From Pocillopora damicornis (lineage: Eukaryota): DNA of 64,000 bases. The stretch spans positions 62,001 through 126,000 of the forward strand of contig NW_020844865.1 in the NCBI RefSeq assembly GCF_003704095.1, in the 5' to 3' direction. Both the position numbers and the translations under genes were made by a program. A model generated the notes under the pieces. It searched no databases. It was not told the DNA's origin and saw nothing but the letters and a program-made list of their open reading frames with translations. Positions 61,788 to 64,000 of the stretch are shown here, in pieces. Each line of letters begins with the position of its first letter. The first letter of the stretch is position 1.

Positions 61788-64000
61788 ATGTCTTCAAGAG
61801 AACGTAAGTTACCTATTTCTTATCCCAAATTATTATATTTCCACTATTTTGTCTGAAACTTACTCCGATCGCAGAATGTACTTTCACACGAAATCTTCAC
61901 TATTTATTTACAGTAGCATGCATGGCGATATCGACAAGCTAGTCCGATTGCAAAGTTAGAGCTTGGCATTAGAAAGCATTGTAATTATTTCTATATTTTT
62001 GGATAACGGCAACATTTGCTCCTATTTAGCGTTTTTTTCTTCTGAAACTCAAATTGCTCTCTGTTTTGTTAAGTAGCCCGTTTACACCGTTACCCAATGC
62101 ATGAACATTTCTGCTCCCCTGACTTTTTGCATGAGAAATGGCTCGAGATCTCTTGTATTTTACCTTCTTTATGAGGTTTTTTACTGTGTTGTCTAATAGT
62201 GAATGCATGTAATTCAAATACTCTACTCGGACTTTGTTATTCGAATTTCTGTTTAATGAATATCACGTTACTATTCATTGTTAGTATTTCTCGAATAACT
62301 CTTTCAATGTAACAAACAAAGGCTCTTTACTCTTGTTGTGCATTAGTAAGTCAGTTTATTACAGAAAAAAGAATACTTTTATCCGGACAGAATAATACGT
62401 TAACATACGATCTTAGGTGGCATCGGCCAAGAACAAATTAAAAATCAATCTTTAATTTAGCTTTTTAAACCAGTGAAAATTGCATTTTGATTGAAATGAT
62501 CTATTTGATTTTACAGATACCACCTCTTCTCTTGATGACAGCCTGACAAACATACAGTGGCTTTGTAAACTGGAATCCAATCCACTGTTGGAAACAGAAC
62601 AGAAGAACGGCACTGGGGAGCCAACATGTATGAATCCTTACCCAAAGCCTCCATTCTCTTACGCTACCCTCATATTACTGGCTATTAACAGTACCTCAGA
62701 AAAGCGCATGACACTGCAGGACATATACAAATGGATAGAGGACAATTTCCCTTATTACAAAAACTGCAAAAAAGCATGGAAGGTAATAACTGTTCTGTTG
62801 TTTGATAAATTGATGCAAATTTATTGCTTATCGTGAATGGATGATAATGTTTGTAAGCCTTTGTTTAACGTGTATACTTGGCAGGACAATCAAGTACAAC
62901 AGTGCTTTTGATGCTTTCTAATTCTCCATAAGAATATTCAATCCCAGTCTTGCAACAACACAACAAACAGGAGCATTTGACTACTGAAATCTCCATGCAA
63001 TAGCCATCTGTTCTGCCCTAGAAGGGTTCCCACCATGTGCTAGTTTTGATGGACAATTCCCAGTAAAACTGATACATGTTCATAATCCCTGTGAAATTTT
63101 GTTCTTGCAGAATTCCATCCGTCATAACTTATCACTTCACAGCTATTTCCTCAAGGCCCAAAGGCCATCTAATCTTCCTGGAAAAGGAAGTTACTGGTCC
63201 ATATCACCAGAAGGGAAAGAGAACATCATGAAAGAAGTCATGAAGCATCAGCAGCCACTTATCAACCAAGATATGACCTTAGAGCAATCAAACACAAGGG
63301 GACTGCGACCAATACTGCCCAAACCATCAGAGGATCAACTCGTTGCTAGCACTTTATTGAACAAGGGTGGTGTTCAAATTTTAACAGATGGAAGTGTTAA
63401 TGGATTACCTGGTAGTATTCCAGTTGTGATTTTACCAACCCAGCTTTACATGAATATGTTTAGCAAAATTGCTTCTCAAGCTGCTACAGGAAGTACCACA
63501 GCAGTTGGAGTAAGTCCTACTCTCGTGCCCATGACAACAGAAACTCAAAGTACTGTAAACCCTGGGTTTGCCCAGCTAGTTCCTGAATCTGAAGAACTTG
63601 GACAAGATAGTGAAACAATCCTCTCAGAAATAGCCATTACAGAGGAGGAGATAGGATCAGGATGTTCAACATCAGTGACTCAGATATCACAAGAAAACTG
63701 TGAAAACAATTCTGCAACTATGACAGTGGAACAAGCCCTATGTAAGATTGAAAAGAGGGAAAATGAAAATTCTTCTGAAAGGTTTATAAATAGTGCACCA
63801 ATCATCAGTAGGGAGACCTGTGAGAGCCCTAATATAGTTGATATTAAAACTGAGAAAAATGAAATTTTAGCCCTACACATCAAGAAGACTAAAACAGACA
63901 AACGTAAAAGCAAACCTTACAGTAAGAATCAAACATCTTCATGTGTGCAAAGAAAGCAAGATTTAAAACAACCCAAGCGCTCACCACTTCGGCCCTGCCC
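61788..64000 (+). CDS. FOXM1: Forkhead box M (FoxM1-like) transcription factor, 3'-partial
   Basis: Exons 61788-61803, 62517-62782 and 63111->64000 (phases 1,0). Motifs LDDSLTNIQWL, forkhead KPPFSYATLILLAINSTSEKRMTLQDIYKWIEDNFPYY..WKNSIRHNLSLH..GKGSYW and LRPILPK best match FOXM1 (SLTNIQWL, AINSTERKRMTLKDIYTWIEDHFPY, KPLLPR). Confidence 0.82.

Noticed and set aside
1-64000. CRISPR arrays, rRNA, prokaryotic operons or autonomous transposase/RT ORFs
   Set aside because: No regularly spaced repeats, rRNA motifs or long unexplained ORFs were seen; the architecture is spliceosomal eukaryotic.

Overview
AT-rich, intron-containing eukaryotic genomic DNA. The gene content and recognisable repeat families suggest a cnidarian, most likely a stony coral (inferred, not verified). 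There is one 100-N scaffold gap (4273-4372). Hand-spliced genes from left to right: (1) a minus-strand DED + TRADD-N-like + degenerate vWA protein that runs off the window start and carries an in-frame TAA in exon 2; (2) the 5' end of an unidentified minus-strand gene cut by the gap; (3) PEX3; (4) an intronless-CDS RASSF9/10-like protein with a truncated RA domain; (5) an orphan class A GPCR; (6,7) a tail-to-tail pair of divergent Shal/Kv4-family subunits with altered S6 gates and almost no C-tail, one with a ~480-aa motif-rich N-terminal extension; (8) TM7SF3 head-to-head with (9) FoxM. Repeats include several MITEs, tRNA-derived SINEs and a Penelope-type repeat carrying a minimal type I hammerhead ribozyme. 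All family assignments come from motif recognition by eye; no database search was run.
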